From Octopus sinensis (taxonomy: Eukaryota): 64,000 nucleotides of DNA. The stretch's first letter is position 1; each line of letters begins with the position of its first letter. The notes under the pieces were generated by a model. It was not told the DNA's origin and did not search any database. It worked only from the letters and a program-made list of their open reading frames with translations. The stretch covers positions 27,094,001 through 27,158,000 of the forward strand of contig NC_042999.1 of NCBI RefSeq assembly GCF_006345805.1, read 5' to 3'. Position numbers and translations under genes: made by a program. Shown piece by piece: positions 37,199 to 50,661 of the stretch.

Positions 37199-38867
37199 TA
37201 TTTTCTAAAAGACTTGGCTGGAAGAGAATTCATTGTGGTACAAGGACTCTGTTGACTGAAAATGTACCTGTGATCTTGAACAGAAGATAAAAGCTTAATT
37301 TTATATTCGAAACCGCCATATATATCTCTAATACGATAATTAAAATAAATTTAGCAATTTATCAGGAAATGACACTTATGCTGCGATTGCGAACAGATAA
37401 ATTGATTGTCTTTTGAAAGATTAGAGCGAATGGTTCAGAGATATTGAGATTTCGTTCTGTCATACATTTTGGACCATGCTTTGTTTAATAATTAAATGTA
37501 GATACAAAATTTAGTTGTACAGGTTATAATGTAATTGACGTGTAGTGCGAGAAGCATTGTTTCATTTAAAGAAAATTATTCAATTTTATTATAGAGGAAC
37601 TTTTATTCCGTAAGAAATCTTCATCAATGTCTGCATTTAGTTATAACTATTTTAAGCGTGTAATCTCTTTAATTTGACAATAGGAGATTTTAACAATTGT
37701 CGACTTAGTGTTCAGAATATACAGATTAATTCGATTTCTTTTCTTTCATTATATATGAATACTACTTTTAAATTGAACAGACATTTATGGTATATGTGAA
37801 ATGAGACGAAATTCGATTCACTTTCAGACTAACCATCTCTCGTTTTCAATTTGTAGACCGGAAATACAATTAAACACAATCTGGCAGCCAAATGAAGAAT
37901 AAATATCTCTCATTAAATAAAAAAAAATCATAACATGGTTTAAAGACTCTGGGACTCACATTTGTTGATAGTCGTCTCTGCAATAGAATTTACGATATGT
38001 GTATTCAGGTCTACATATGATATAGGTAAAAGTGAAATATAACCACTAGTTTTATACGTCTTCACTTCTACGGAGTGGAATTTGCTATTGATATTATCTG
38101 CATTGGTTTAAAGTGATGACCATCGCGAAAGATTGTATATCTAGGACTACTATATACTTCAGTATATATTTAGTTGATATTGGAGAGTTATTTGTCTCAC
38201 ATTTGTGGTCGGTCGGGAGTTCATGTATTAGCGCCCACGTTGGGTAAACTTGTTCGTATCTTTGGTAAAATATATACGTCCTATCATAGTTTTAAAAGTA
38301 TATTTTGCATAAGATTGCTAAGATTGTTATTAAGATCATTCCTCTGTTTAACCTTGGGATGTCCTCGAATTCTCTTTCCAGGGACAATAAGTATCATTCT
38401 GGCAAATCTCAAAAGACTCAAGTTCTATGGTTGATATTTCCATAGAATTTTGGGGAATTACTTCTAAATCTACTAATAAATTAATGTAGCAAAGCCATTT
38501 TTCTGAGATTTAGACATTTTCTGTCTCAGATGTTTACCGGAAAAAAATCCACCGTATGGCTTATAAATGCTTAGATTTTGAAGATGTTTTTCAAACCAGA
38601 ACACAAAACTTACTTCATAAAGAAGTACAGAGGCAATATAATGTTTGTATACTTTAACTATGACTATCATTAATGTTCGATTTGAGTTCAAAAGTCACTA
38701 ATTCGGTATACACACACATACATACATACATACATACATACATACATACATACATACATACATACATACATACATACATACATACACACACACGTAAGTA
38801 TGTGTGTGATTATTCAGTTTTATATCTAGATTTTTTGTCAATAGAAAAAGAGTTAGTTTATAACCTA

Positions 38868-39097
38868 TTTCTTTATTACCCACAAGGGGTTAAACACAGA
38901 GGGGACAAACAAGGACAGACATAGGTATTAAGTCGATTACATCGACTCCAGTGCATAACTGGTACTTAATTTATCGACCCCGAAAGGATGAAAGGCAAAG
39001 TTGACCTCGGCGGAATTTGAACTCACAACGTAACGCAGACGAAATACCGCTAAACATTTCGCCCGGCGTGCTAACGTTTCTGCCAGCTCGCCGCCTT
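38868..39097 (-). mobile_element. tRNA-derived SINE family B (head AAGGCGGCGAGCTGGCAGAA)
   Basis: B box GAGTTCAAATTCC; central GCCTTTCATCCTTTCGGGGTCGATAAA domain (MetaSINE-like by recall). Confidence 0.85.
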
Positions 39098-39800
39098 GAG
39101 TTAGTTTATAACCGAAAACCAAGACCCCTTCATTGGAATTCAACATCAAAAAGGTACTTTTATAGGTATGTATATGTGCAAGTTTGTATGTATTGTTTTA
39201 TGTATGCATCCTCGTGCGTGTAGTTGCATATCTAGCCATGCTCATATATATTTCAATGGTAAAATTCTGGAAAGTTGTAAAGCTCCTACAGCTTTTAAAA
39301 TGACTGTATGCTAAATGGCTTAGACACTATCTGCTGGCATGTCCCAACGTTTCATGCCACGGAAAAAAATTTCAGTTCGAAGTATTTAAACAAAATCGAA
39401 CACAGACACACAGCGTATGTGTATTGTCAGTTTGTGGGTCGACTGCAGTTTTTAGTCATATGAGAAAATAGTAATAGTCGGCGATGTAGTGTTAGTGCAT
39501 ATAGACATAGTCGCCGATATGGCAGGCTGCGGGTTTTGTTCGGTATACGGCATTGATAAGATAAAACAATGACGAAACATCCATATCCGTCGCTCCGACT
39601 AAAAACCTGATGTGAGTTGTGTCCCTTGATTGTGACTTAGTTTCGGGTGTCTTTTTACATCAGGATCATAAACAATATATCCCCTTACACCTAAAACCTC
39701 AACCGACCCAAGAGCTAACAACACACATACCAAATGAATGTGTTCAGTTTTGTTTATATATAAATATATATATATATGTGTGTGTGTGTGTGTCTGTGTC

Positions 39801-39834
<34 letters not shown>

Positions 39835-39981
39835 TGTCTGTCTGTGTGTGTGTATACTTATAACGAACGAATCCCTCGGCAATTAAGTGACTTTTGCCAA
39901 ATATTAATGAAGAGAATATATGCTCATATTTAAAGTTCGGTTCTCGCTTCATCGAAAATGATGCATAGATACTTGCATACA

Positions 39982-40031
<50 letters not shown>

Positions 40032-40214
40032 TTAGATAGATAGATAGATAGATATAGATAAATGGATAGATAGAAAGGTAGATAGAATGATAGATAGATA
40101 TAGATATAGATAAATGGAGAGATAGATAGGTAGATAGAATGATAGATAGATAAAATTTACTTGGGAAAGTATGTGTGGCGTTCGGTCATATAATAATATA
40201 AATAATATATATAT

Positions 40215-40271
<57 letters not shown>

Positions 40272-40325
40272 GCATATATACATGTGTAGATGTACATACA
40301 TGTATACGTATATAGATATGCATAT

Positions 40326-40770
40326 CTGGGAACAGGACATCACAACAAAACATACAAAGTAAGAGGACACCAAATATTAACTTCTTTTTTCGAACAGCGT
40401 AAGAAATAATGGAAAACAAGACCAACAATACAAAGAACAACCCTTCATCAGTTATCAGCTGTTTTTCTAATCCGTATTTCGAGCATTTCACGACAAGATT
40501 GGCCTTCGATAAAACTGTTGCTCCCGCAAAGCAACTTGAATAGAATTCGAGATTTTGCGGAGGGTCAAAATTGGTGACAAAAACAGGACAGAGAAGGCAA
40601 ACAGGAAGGGTTGCTAAACCTAAACAAGGTTGTGGTGGTGAACGCGAGGAAACAAGGTTGGACAGGAGACAGACAAGTACACTCCGTCTTCTGTTCGCAA
40701 AAAAGTTCATATACCATGTCCTCGTAGGTTGTATTTTTGTTGCTTACGCTTTGTGACGTCTTGTGCACAC
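40326..40770. mobile_element. PLE-like terminal fragments as a diverged outward-facing inverted pair in TA/TG repeats
   Basis: The reverse complement of 40326-40398 aligns with 40691-40768 (CTGTTCG.AAAAA.GTT.ATAT...TGTCCTC.TA...GTGA.GTC.TGT). Confidence 0.5.
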
Positions 40771-40837
40771 ATATGCATATATATATTATATATATATATA
40801 CGAACACGTGTAGTATGTACATATACGTATTTATATA

Positions 40838-40876
<39 letters not shown>

Positions 40877-42554
40877 GTATATACATATGTGTAAATATGT
40901 ACATTTATGTTATTGAAACCTACACAAGTAATCATTGAATGTTAATTCTCACATATACCTACAGTTACAACCATATGCAGTGATATACTTTCACATTAAT
41001 AGATTAGGTAAACCTAATGTATATTTTTACTCTGGTAGAATTACTTGCTTATTTTACTGGGACAATTTTTAACCTCTAAAATTCTTTAGAACAGTTTTCT
41101 TCTTGAATTACATTTCTGCAACTGTTATGTGGAGAAGTTAGTTACTTAGTCCGAAATTTCTTACATGCTTCACAGCAAAATATGGTTGACAGGTGTCATG
41201 AAAGTAATGGATTAAAACTTGACTGTGTCTTAGATTTCTGAAATATTGTTGCACTTACGTGTCTTAACTTTTTTTACAACTTATTCATTCAAGTTTATAG
41301 ATTTTGTATGGTATACACAGGCATACATCTAAACATATTTACTTATACACATTCATACATGTACACATACACATGCACATACATATATACATACTTATAC
41401 AAATGCAAACATAGACGCATACATACATGAATACCTACATATACATACATAAACAAACATATATATATACATACATGCATGTGTGTGTGTGTGTGTGTGT
41501 GTGCTTGTTTCGTTCCCGTGTATACTTAGTGTTAACACTTTTTCAAAATGGCCGTATGTTGCAAATCTCGTCTCTAAGTAGGTACCTTAGTTTTCTGTGA
41601 GAATACGCAAATCATAAACCTAGAGATATTTGTCAGGAGACAGTAAGCACTAACTATGCTTTTTCTAATTCTATGTTAGATTTCATCGTTCATGCATTTT
41701 AGTTTAAATTTTGACCGAACTCTTTAAATAGATACACACAAATACACATGCATATACATACATATATGCATATGCACATACACAAATTATTGGAAATGTG
41801 AAGGAAATGTCCATGCAATGCTGAATCAGTCACAAACTCTTCATTCTCGCAACTGAATTCGAAAATTTTGGTGCATGCGCAAATAATGACTACAAAATTT
41901 TCCAGAATCCTCTTTCAAAATAGTCATTTAAGCATTATTCCAACTCTTGAAGTAGTCACTTTTCATGTACGTTTTCTATCCAGACCACTCAAGAGGCAAA
42001 AGTAAAGCTACTCGAAAATTATTATTATCTAGAGTTGATTCAAAAATACTTGGTAAGTGTGCTCTACTCTAACCCCATCTCGGCAATGCCTCAGTGAATT
42101 TATTCGTCTGAAACTGCTAGAAAGCTCCTTATATACACACACACAAACACACACACTCTCACATATATACACACTTACATACATATATAAAGAGGGATTC
42201 ATATTTTTGTGCAAATGTGTTTGTGTTCAAGATGCAATGTCAACCAACGTCGTTTGGCATCTGTTGTGAGTTTGTCTATGTTAGTGGTACAACTAGAATT
42301 AGTGAAAAAGTACGTTCTAAGGTTTTAAAACGTATGTATCGAGAACGATTTGTTTGATTAAACGTTTCAAAGCTCTGCCTCAGCATCACAGCATTACAAT
42401 GACTAAAAGAAGTATAAGATAGGTTACTCACTATAACACTCACACCCATTCACACAAACACCAACACCTGCCCCCATACACGCAAACATATATAAATATA
42501 TATCAATAAATAAATATCTGTATGTATGTATGTACATATATATATATATATATA

Positions 42555-42755
42555 GTTAATCCAAATATGAACAAAGGGAAAAAACACAACAACGCGAGGA
42601 TGTGGAACAAGTATAGTGTTATTATACGCTCAGGAAAGGAAAGAAAGAAGGAGGATTTAACGTTCCGAGCCGAGCTATTCGTCAGAAACATACAAAAGGA
42701 AAGGTCTTAAGGAAGGGAAGACGGATAAAGAAAATCGTCAACGATACACACGCGG

Positions 42756-42758
<3 letters not shown>
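42555..42758 (-). mobile_element. PLE pseudo-LTR-like fragment in (TA)n with decayed minimal HHR (about 42655-42690)
   Basis: Minus strand TTT CTGACGA a tAGC tcg GCTc GgAA CG TT AAA; flanked by (TA)n on both sides. Confidence 0.6.
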
Positions 42759-42813
<55 letters not shown>

Positions 42814-42815
<2 letters not shown>

Positions 42816-42958
42816 CGGTTCGGCAAAAGAGACCGATAGAATAAGTACTGGGCTTACAAAAGAATAAGTTCCGGGGTCGAGTTGCTCGATTAAAGGCGGT
42901 GCTCCAGCATGGCCGCAGTCAAATGACTGAAACAAATAAAAGAGTAAGAGTAAAGAGA
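42814..42958 (+). mobile_element. SINE family A, 3' fragment
   Basis: AGCGGTTCGGCAAAAGAGACCGATAGAATAAGTAC followed by the tail. Confidence 0.88.
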
Positions 42959-43369
42959 ATATGTATGTATGTATGGATGTATGTAAGTATGTATGTATAT
43001 AAACATATATTGTATTTCGGGATGGTCAGTTTTGGCTAAATAAACACAAGCACTATATGTTTTTCTACGATCGTTTATTACTCTTTCTTCTTTTATTATT
43101 TTAACTCATGTCCGTTGTTATAATAAGCGGAAATGGAATCTGGAAATGGTTATGTATTATGTCGTGGAAAATGTTGTGTATTATGTTGTATCGAACTTTT
43201 AGTATTTGCCTTACTTTTAGTGTGTATTTAAAAGTAAAATCATGATATTTGATACAGCAAATTTCATCTACTACGTAATCTCTCTTTCATCTATGTAATC
43301 TTCTTTCCTTCATATCATTATTTGTCTGGTTTGAAAAAGTTAATCGGCAATCGGATAAAGATGCATATA

Positions 43370-43406
43370 GACGCAGGAGTGGCTGTGTGGTAAGTAGCTT
43401 GCTTAC
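43370..43406 (+). mobile_element. SINE family A 5' head, interrupted; body resumes at about 45690
   Basis: GACGCAGGAGTGGCTGTGTGGTAAGTAGCTTGCTTAC. Confidence 0.85.
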
Positions 43407-45099
43407 CTACCTCCCATGAGTTTCTATTGTCAGTGTACGCATGCGTCATTGTGTTGTGCACTGACGAAGATAGCCGGCAGTGTTTAGCCTGCCAAAAGAA
43501 GCTGCTGCAAGGTAAGCCTTTTGTCTCTTGAGTTTAGTGGGTTTGTTGTCTGTGATTATATCATTTACAAACAAAGACTCCTTACTGGGTTCAGGATCTT
43601 GGTCTGCTTGCGGTTCAGCAATATTGTTCACATTCAGTGAACATTTTTTTCGCATTGTGAGAAGTACAGTTTGGGGGCGTATCCTTCAACCAAAAGTTGT
43701 TCACTTTTTAATAGTGTGTTTTTACAACATTTTTCATTTATTGGAAAGCTGTATCACTAGTGTTCACATTAAGTGAAATTCTTTTCTCATTGTGAGAATT
43801 ATAGTTTGGTAACGTATCCTGCCATCAAACTTTGTTCGCCATTTGTAAATAATGTGTATTTTTACAAATACATTTACCAATATTTGGAAAGCTCTATTTC
43901 CAGGTTCTAATCGGAGTACCATAGGGCTTGGAATACTTGAATACCCAGAATATTCTTTTTACTGGGTTTGTTGAACTGTTGATTTCTTCTCCTATTGTGA
44001 CTTTTTTTATTGAACTGTTTGCTTTTTCTCTTCTTTCCTTTAGTTTCCTTATTTCTCTCTTTGAAATTTGTGAACTATTGTTTTGGACTTTCTACTTTTT
44101 TAATTTAAAACATGGCCAAAATACGGATATAAAGAAAACTGTCCTCAAGAACAAAGCAAAGTCCAGTTGATTGAGGCCTCTGTAGAAGGAGGAACGAAGG
44201 CGGCCGAGGAGACGGTGGACTCCTCAAACAAAGGGCCGCAAGAGGAAGAAGGTGAGCAACAATAGGTGCTCACCGAAGGATCCTAATGATGAGGGAGAGG
44301 CCCTCCTTCAGTTGAGAGAAAAGATAGAAGAAGTGGAAGAGAAAAGGGACATTGCCGACAGTCGGTGACATAGCACCGGAATGTCCCGGGACCATGCTGG
44401 TAGGGGTTGTGCCACCGGCAGGGGAAGAGACACCGTTGGGGGGAATTGTGCGACCAACGGTAGAATTGACTACCTCGAACCCGGAGGAAGACGAACTATT
44501 GGTCTTCTTCTACAGAGGCGGAGATGTAGAAGAGGTGACGGTAAAGCACCATAAGGGAGTACCTTTAACCTTTACACAGGATCCCGAATGGCCTCCGCAG
44601 ATAGCTGTGGAGGTCATAACATTGTCTGTGAGGTATAGGCTGCAGGGACTCAATGAGGAATATCGCTTGTGGCCGGGCGACGTCGGCTCGGATCCCGCCT
44701 TGGTCTTGAATGAAGCGTGGGTGTTGGCGGAGTATACGGGCACAAGCGATGTTGGGGAGGAATAGTGACAAGAGATTGAAAAGCCTCAGTGTTATAATGT
44801 TTATTGTATAATATTTAATGTTTATTGCATGTTATTGTGTTTAAAGTGCTTAACGCTCCAATTCTTAAATGGACTATTAGTCCAAAAGTTGTAAAACTGA
44901 AGGAAGAGGTTCATTACCTCGTTTTATCTTCTGGGAAAAGAAAAGGAAGAGAATAATGTTTTAAAGAATCAAAAAATCGGCGGGCGTTTTTTGCCTTCTC
45001 CCATTAATATCATCCTTTTCATCATTCACCTAAATCAATGTCTCTGTCCAGCCCGCAAGCTATCCTGTGTCATGCATTTATGGCAATATTTTTGAAATA
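43407..45099 (+). mobile_element. Internally deleted or non-autonomous L1/Tx1-like element with 15-bp TSD
   Basis: AAGTAGCTTGCTTAC at 43392-43406 and 45100-45114; 5' UTR with ~136-bp tandem repeats; purine-rich ORF1-like relic 44112-44765; AATAAA at 45096-45101; no RT seen. Confidence 0.6.
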
Positions 45100-45114
45100 A
45101 AGTAGCTTGCTTAC

Positions 45115-45689
45115 TCTCGACGCATGCGCCATCAATTGTCGGCTGCTGCTACTTGTAAATGTCACGTCGCTTTGAGCTGCATGAATAAGAGAAATATAAG
45201 AGATTGGCTACCGGTAAAACGTTTTGTTTATTTGAGTTCGATGGGGATTTACTGTTGTGTTATATTTAATTGATACCTGCTGAACTCTAAACATTTTTGT
45301 CTGCTTGTGGTGAGTTTGGATGTATTCACATTTTAGTAAGTTAAAACTATTTTTGGTAGGCGTATCTCGCCAACAAAAAGTTTCTGTGTTTTGGTGGGCG
45401 TATCTAAACCAAAATTTTATTCTTGTGCTGTAATTCTTGCCTTGGAGTCCTGGTTTGTTGTAGTTCCTGCCTCGGAGTGCCTGGTTTTGCTGTTGCTACC
45501 AATTTAGAGTTGTAAAGTCGCTTTGAATTGCGTGAATGAAAGGGGAAAACGAGACACGCTAGAGGTAGGACTTCTTGTTTGTTTTTTTTTTTTAGCTCGG
45601 TGGGGATTTGTTGTTGTGTTATTTTTACTAAAATCCTACTGAACTCTAGGTATTTTTCCTGCCTGTGGTGAGTCTAGCTGTACTCACTT
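45115..45689 (+). mobile_element. 5' region of a related second element at the same SINE site
   Basis: Shares ACGCATGCG near the 5' end and TTTGG..GGCGTATC...CAA.AAAAGTT with 43407-45099; internal diverged duplication (about 45166 and 45517). Confidence 0.5.
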
Positions 45690-45848
45690 GGTTCTGGGTT
45701 CCGTTCTACGGCGTGGCATCTTGGGCAAGTGTCTTCTACTAGAGCCTCAAACCGACCAAAGTCTTGTGAGTGGATTTGGTAGACAGAAACTGAAAGAAGC
45801 CTGTCGTGTATTTATATATATATATATATATATATATTGATATAAATA

Positions 45849-45922
<74 letters not shown>

Positions 45923-46128
45923 TGGTGTCTGTGTGTCTGTGTTTGTCCGCTCACCATCGCTTGAGAACTGTTGTTGGTGTGTTTACGTCCCCGTATCTTA
46001 GCGCTTCGGCAAAAAAGACCGAAAGGATAAGTACTAGGCTTACAAAGAATACGTCCTGGGGTCAATTCTTCGACTAAAGGCAGTGCTCCAGCATGGCTGC
46101 AGTCAAATTACTGAAACAAATAATAGAA
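45690..46128 (+). mobile_element. SINE family A body and tail (continuation of 43370-43406)
   Basis: GGTTCTGGGTTCCG...CTTGGGCAAGTGTCTTCTACTA followed by the tail. Confidence 0.88.
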
Positions 46129-46554
46129 TATGTATTTCCTGTCGGCCATACGTTTACAGACTTACTACTTGCATAAATACATAAAATTGTTGAAGCCTGA
46201 TAGATCTAGGTCTTCAAATATACAGGAATAACATTTTACGAATCGAGAAAATTGCACAAGGTGTTTAGTGATTTGTGTGTTATGAGGTCAATTACTACCT
46301 TGATAAATGTAACACATTTCAAGTTCATTAAGGAAACCAGTTTTCTATCCAAAGCAACAGCGAATTTGTTCACAGTGGGCGACTTAAGAAGGGATTCTTT
46401 GAGTCAGTTTTAATAGTTCATAATGTAGGATACCTTCCGTATCGTACTAAACACTCAAACAATATTTTCAATAGGTGAAGTTCTTATCATGAATATATTG
46501 CTGTTGTCTCATTGGGGCTTAGCTACTGTCTCTGACGCATAATATTATTGTAAC

Positions 46555-46770
46555 GGAAGGCGATTAGCTGGCTGAATCGAAAGCACACTGGGCGAAATTC
46601 ATAGAAGTATTTCATCCGTTTTTACGTTCTCCGTTCAAAAAATGCCAGGACTACTTTGCCTTTCATTCTTTCGGGTTCGATAACACAAGTAGCATCTGAG
46701 TGCTGGTGTCGATGTGATATACTTAAGCCTTCTCCCAAAATGTTTAGCTTTATAACAAAATATGAATCAA
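46555..46770 (+). mobile_element. SINE family B, diverged
   Basis: ACTTTGCCTTTCATTCTTTCGGGTTCGATAA. Confidence 0.7.
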
Positions 46771-46879
46771 TTATTACAGTAAACGATCCATTTCTCACCT
46801 CAAATCCTTATCCTGTTTAGGAAATGGTGCTTGGATCGCACATAAATAAAGTGATTGACCGCTCAAGCATTTCTTGGTT

Positions 46880-47106
46880 ATTTGCTGCTTGTTTTCGTAT
46901 TCATTCGCTACTTTCGTCCAAGGAGTCTAATGCTCTTAGCTCAGTGTTTCCTTGGGGCTGACCATATTGCAGTAATCTCGAGTATAACCAGCTGAAATTG
47001 CAAAGATAATCTGGAACTTGACTGAGGGAAGAAAACTCCAAATGACCCATCCTTGTTTTCTTTGTATCGTCTATCTGTATGCTTTGCGTTCTTGTCCCAA
47101 TTTGTG
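46880..47106 (+). mobile_element. Possible PLE-like 3' fragment abutting (TA)n
   Basis: T-rich 3' end resembling 40326-40770 and position against a TA repeat; no canonical HHR. Confidence 0.3.
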
Positions 47107-47138
47107 TATATATATATATATAATATATATATATATAT

Positions 47139-47188
<50 letters not shown>

Positions 47189-47192
47189 TATA

Positions 47193-47601
47193 GGCGCAGG
47201 AGTGGCTGTGTGGTAAGTAGCTTGTTAACCAACCACATGGTTCTGGGTTCAGTCCCACTGCATGGCACCTTGGGCAAGTGTCTTCTACTATAGCCTCGGG
47301 CCGACCAATGCTTTGTGAGTGGATTTGGTAGGCGGAAACTGAAAGAAGCCCGTCGTATATATGTATATATATATATATGCGTGTGTGTGTTTGTGTGTCT
47401 GTGTTTGTCCCCCTAGCATTCCTTGACAACCGATGCTGGTGTGTTTATGTCCCTGTTACTTAGCGGTTCGGCAAAAGAGACCGATAGAATAAGTACTGGG
47501 CTTACAAAAGAATAAATCTCGGGGTCGAGTTGCTCGATTAAAGTCGGTGCTCCAGCATGGCCGCAGTCAAATGACTGAAACGAGTAAAAGAGTAAAAGAG
47601 T
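47193..47601 (+). mobile_element. SINE family A, full length
   Basis: Homologous to 957-1358. Confidence 0.9.
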
Positions 47602-49614
47602 ATATATTATATATTATATAATTTATGTGTGTGTGTGTATGTATGTATATATGTATATATGCATAAGCATGTGTATGCGTGTGTGTATCTATATATTTAT
47701 GTATTTTTGTGTGTATGAACGGTTCCTAGGTGTGCTTGAGTGACTTTTGTGTTATTTACACATTTTCGGCTCTACATTTAGAGCGTTAATGCAAAGTCCA
47801 GATCAGCGTGCTTATAATCGAATGGCTGAACATCGGAATGTTGTTTTTCAGTAATTGCTTTTATGTACACATTTTATATGTATGAATATCTCCACGGAAT
47901 AACGTTGTTTTTGTACCGATATTAAACCGTTTCAGTAAATTATTGGAAAAATCATTTCCGAATATCGCTGGTGTCACGCTTTCAAATATTATTACATAGG
48001 TAACACTTTGATGCGTAATTAGTTTTGCAATAAATTAAACGAAATTTTACAGTATAAATATTGTGACAAATGATACTTTTGAAAATATAATTTAATTTGA
48101 AAATTAAAGATTCGTAGCATTAGAGGCACTAATTACAAATATATCATCTAATTAATACCTACAGGACTTCTTACTTCATAGTAACAGACCCAAGCGGCAC
48201 CGCACGGTTTTGACAGTGGTTGTTGTTATTGCTTACTGATCTACAGTTGAAAGTCAGAAATTCATTAGTGACCATCACGTCCGTCATTATCATATTATGT
48301 ACGTAGATCCACATTATTCAATATACACATTCGTTTTTAACATGATAAAATTTGAATGAGATTACTTTCTGTATTATAACAGCTTCGGCAACCACTCAGA
48401 ACCTTACTTGTCAGTTTGTAGATGTTTGGCATGTAGAGGTGCACAATTGCTATTGTCGAGTATATCTTTGCTTATCAGTATTGTGCAAATTTCCAATGAG
48501 TTTGTGTTTCAACTATTTCTCGCTGCGAAAATTTTTATTATCAACTTGAGAGGAATCTGCTCTTGTCCCCGAATGCAAACCAGTACATTCTACATTTATC
48601 TGGCAGCCAGTTGTATGAGATTTATCAGCTGGATATTTCGTTTCCATTAGCATTTACAGAACATATTCTTCGTCACTATGAACGGTTTCCTCTGACACAT
48701 GTGGACTAATAATGTGTTAATTACTCTCCAAGTGCCCTCTTTTAACGGTAATTTTTTTCCCTCTACCACCAACCAATTACCTATTATTGAAATTCCAGCT
48801 GTGTCTTTTTCATATATTTTGTATGAGGGATTGATGTATTAAAACTAATTTTATATTATCGGATTTAAAACAAAAAATTCTCCAACCACTTGAAGTATTT
48901 AAGATTTGTTCCTGATTTGTTTTCAAACTTTCTAGTCTAATGTAGTTTTGCATGCTGATGACGAAATTTACATTTTATTTTTCATAGAAATTAATAGTCG
49001 GTAAATCAATCAACTGGTTGTGTTTTTAAAAGTCCGGTTGTCGTCATTTGCGACCTCTTCAGAGAGAAAAACTCTTTCTTCCCAAATTAGCTTCACGTCT
49101 GTGTGGGCTCTTGTATAAATTTGAGGTATGAGCATGTATATGAGAAGAGGAAGGAGAAACAAAGAGGAAGTGTGTTTGTGCGTGTGTTTGTGTGTGAGTG
49201 CGCACTCTTACGTGAGTGCGTTGTGGTGTGTATGATTCTGAGTATGAGTGAATGCATGTTTATGTGGTGTAGCTGTTTCTTTGCGAATAGATGCGCTAAA
49301 GCGAATGTTTGTGTGTATATCTACGTATGTTGTGTTTCTATGTGTGCTGCATCCATTTGGATATTTCCTTCTATTATTTACCTATCAGTCCTGACTTTTT
49401 GACAGGACAGTGTGTACCTGTGTTGGCATCATTGCCTGTCTGAACGTAATTCGGTTCTAACCATTCTATAAACCCATGCATATAAACACACCATCCAATC
49501 ATAAAACCACAACCAACAGATAAATAATACGAAGAATTGAACATTTTTATCGCCCACACGCATGAACGCGCGTGCCTATAAACATGAATACGCATTCATA
49601 GACACAGGTATACA

Positions 49615-50028
49615 TACTCTTTACTCTTTACTCTTTTATTTGTTTCATTCATTGACTGCGGCCATGCTGGAGCACCGCCTTTAGTCGAGCAAATCGACCC
49701 CAGGACTTATTCTTTGTAAGCCCCAGTACTTATTCTATCGCTCTCTTTTTGCCGAACCGCTAAGTTACGGGGACGTAAACACACCAGCATCGGTTGTCAA
49801 GCAATGCTAGGGGGACAAACACAGACACACAAACACACACACATATATATATATATACATATATACGGCAGGCTTCTTTCAGTTTCCGTCTACCAAATCC
49901 ACTCACAAGGCATTGGTCGGCCCGGGGCTATAGCAGAAGACACTTGCCCAAGATGCCACGCAGTGGGACTGAACCCTGAACCATGTGGTTGGTTAGCAAG
50001 CTACTTACCACACAGCCACTCCTGCGCC
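49615..50028 (-). mobile_element. SINE family A, full length
   Basis: Homologous to 957-1358. Confidence 0.9.
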
Positions 50029-50261
50029 TATGCATGCAGACGTATAAATAAGCACAACTCTCAAAATGAACGTACTCGCATAGATAGCTACATCACAGAA
50101 AGAGGCTTCCTCACGCAACAACACACAAACACGCGCGGGCATACACGCACACACGCCAGAACGTACACACACTGACTCAAACGCTCACCTTCCTTTCTCT
50201 ATTTCATTCTCACTTCCCCTCTTACATACACTACCACGCACTTCCATACATCTACATAAAT

Positions 50262-50661
50262 ATTCTTTTCTGCTCTAGGTACAAGTCCCGAAATTTTAGA
50301 GGAGAAGGTCAGTCGAATAGATCGATCCAGTACGCAGCTGGTACTTAATTTATTAACCCCGAAAGGATGAAAGGCAAAGTCGACTTTGGCGGAATTTGAA
50401 CTCAGAACGTAAAGACAGACGAAATAACTATTTCTTTACTACCCGCAAGAGGCTAAACACAGAGAGGACAAACAAGGAAAGACAAACGGATTAAGTCGAT
50501 TACATCGACCCCAGTGCGTAGCTGGTACTTAAATTATCGCCCCCGAAAGGATGAAAGGCAAAGTCGACCTTGGCGGAATTTGAACTCAGAACGTAGCGGC
50601 AGACGAAATACCGCTAAGCTGTTTGCCCGGTGCGCTAACGTTTCTGCCACCTCGGCGTCTT
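50262..50661 (-). mobile_element. SINE family B dimer (central domain twice, two different 3' tails)
   Basis: CCCCGAAAGGATGAAAGGCAAAGTCGAC at about 50357 and 50541. Confidence 0.85.

Noticed and set aside
40440-40520. CTGATGA and GAAA on the minus strand of the PLE-like fragment
   Set aside because: Could not assemble a consistent three-stem hammerhead fold.
48950-48975. CTGATGA-C-GAAA
   Set aside because: No stem II and no convincing stems I/III; probably chance or a DNA-transposon end.
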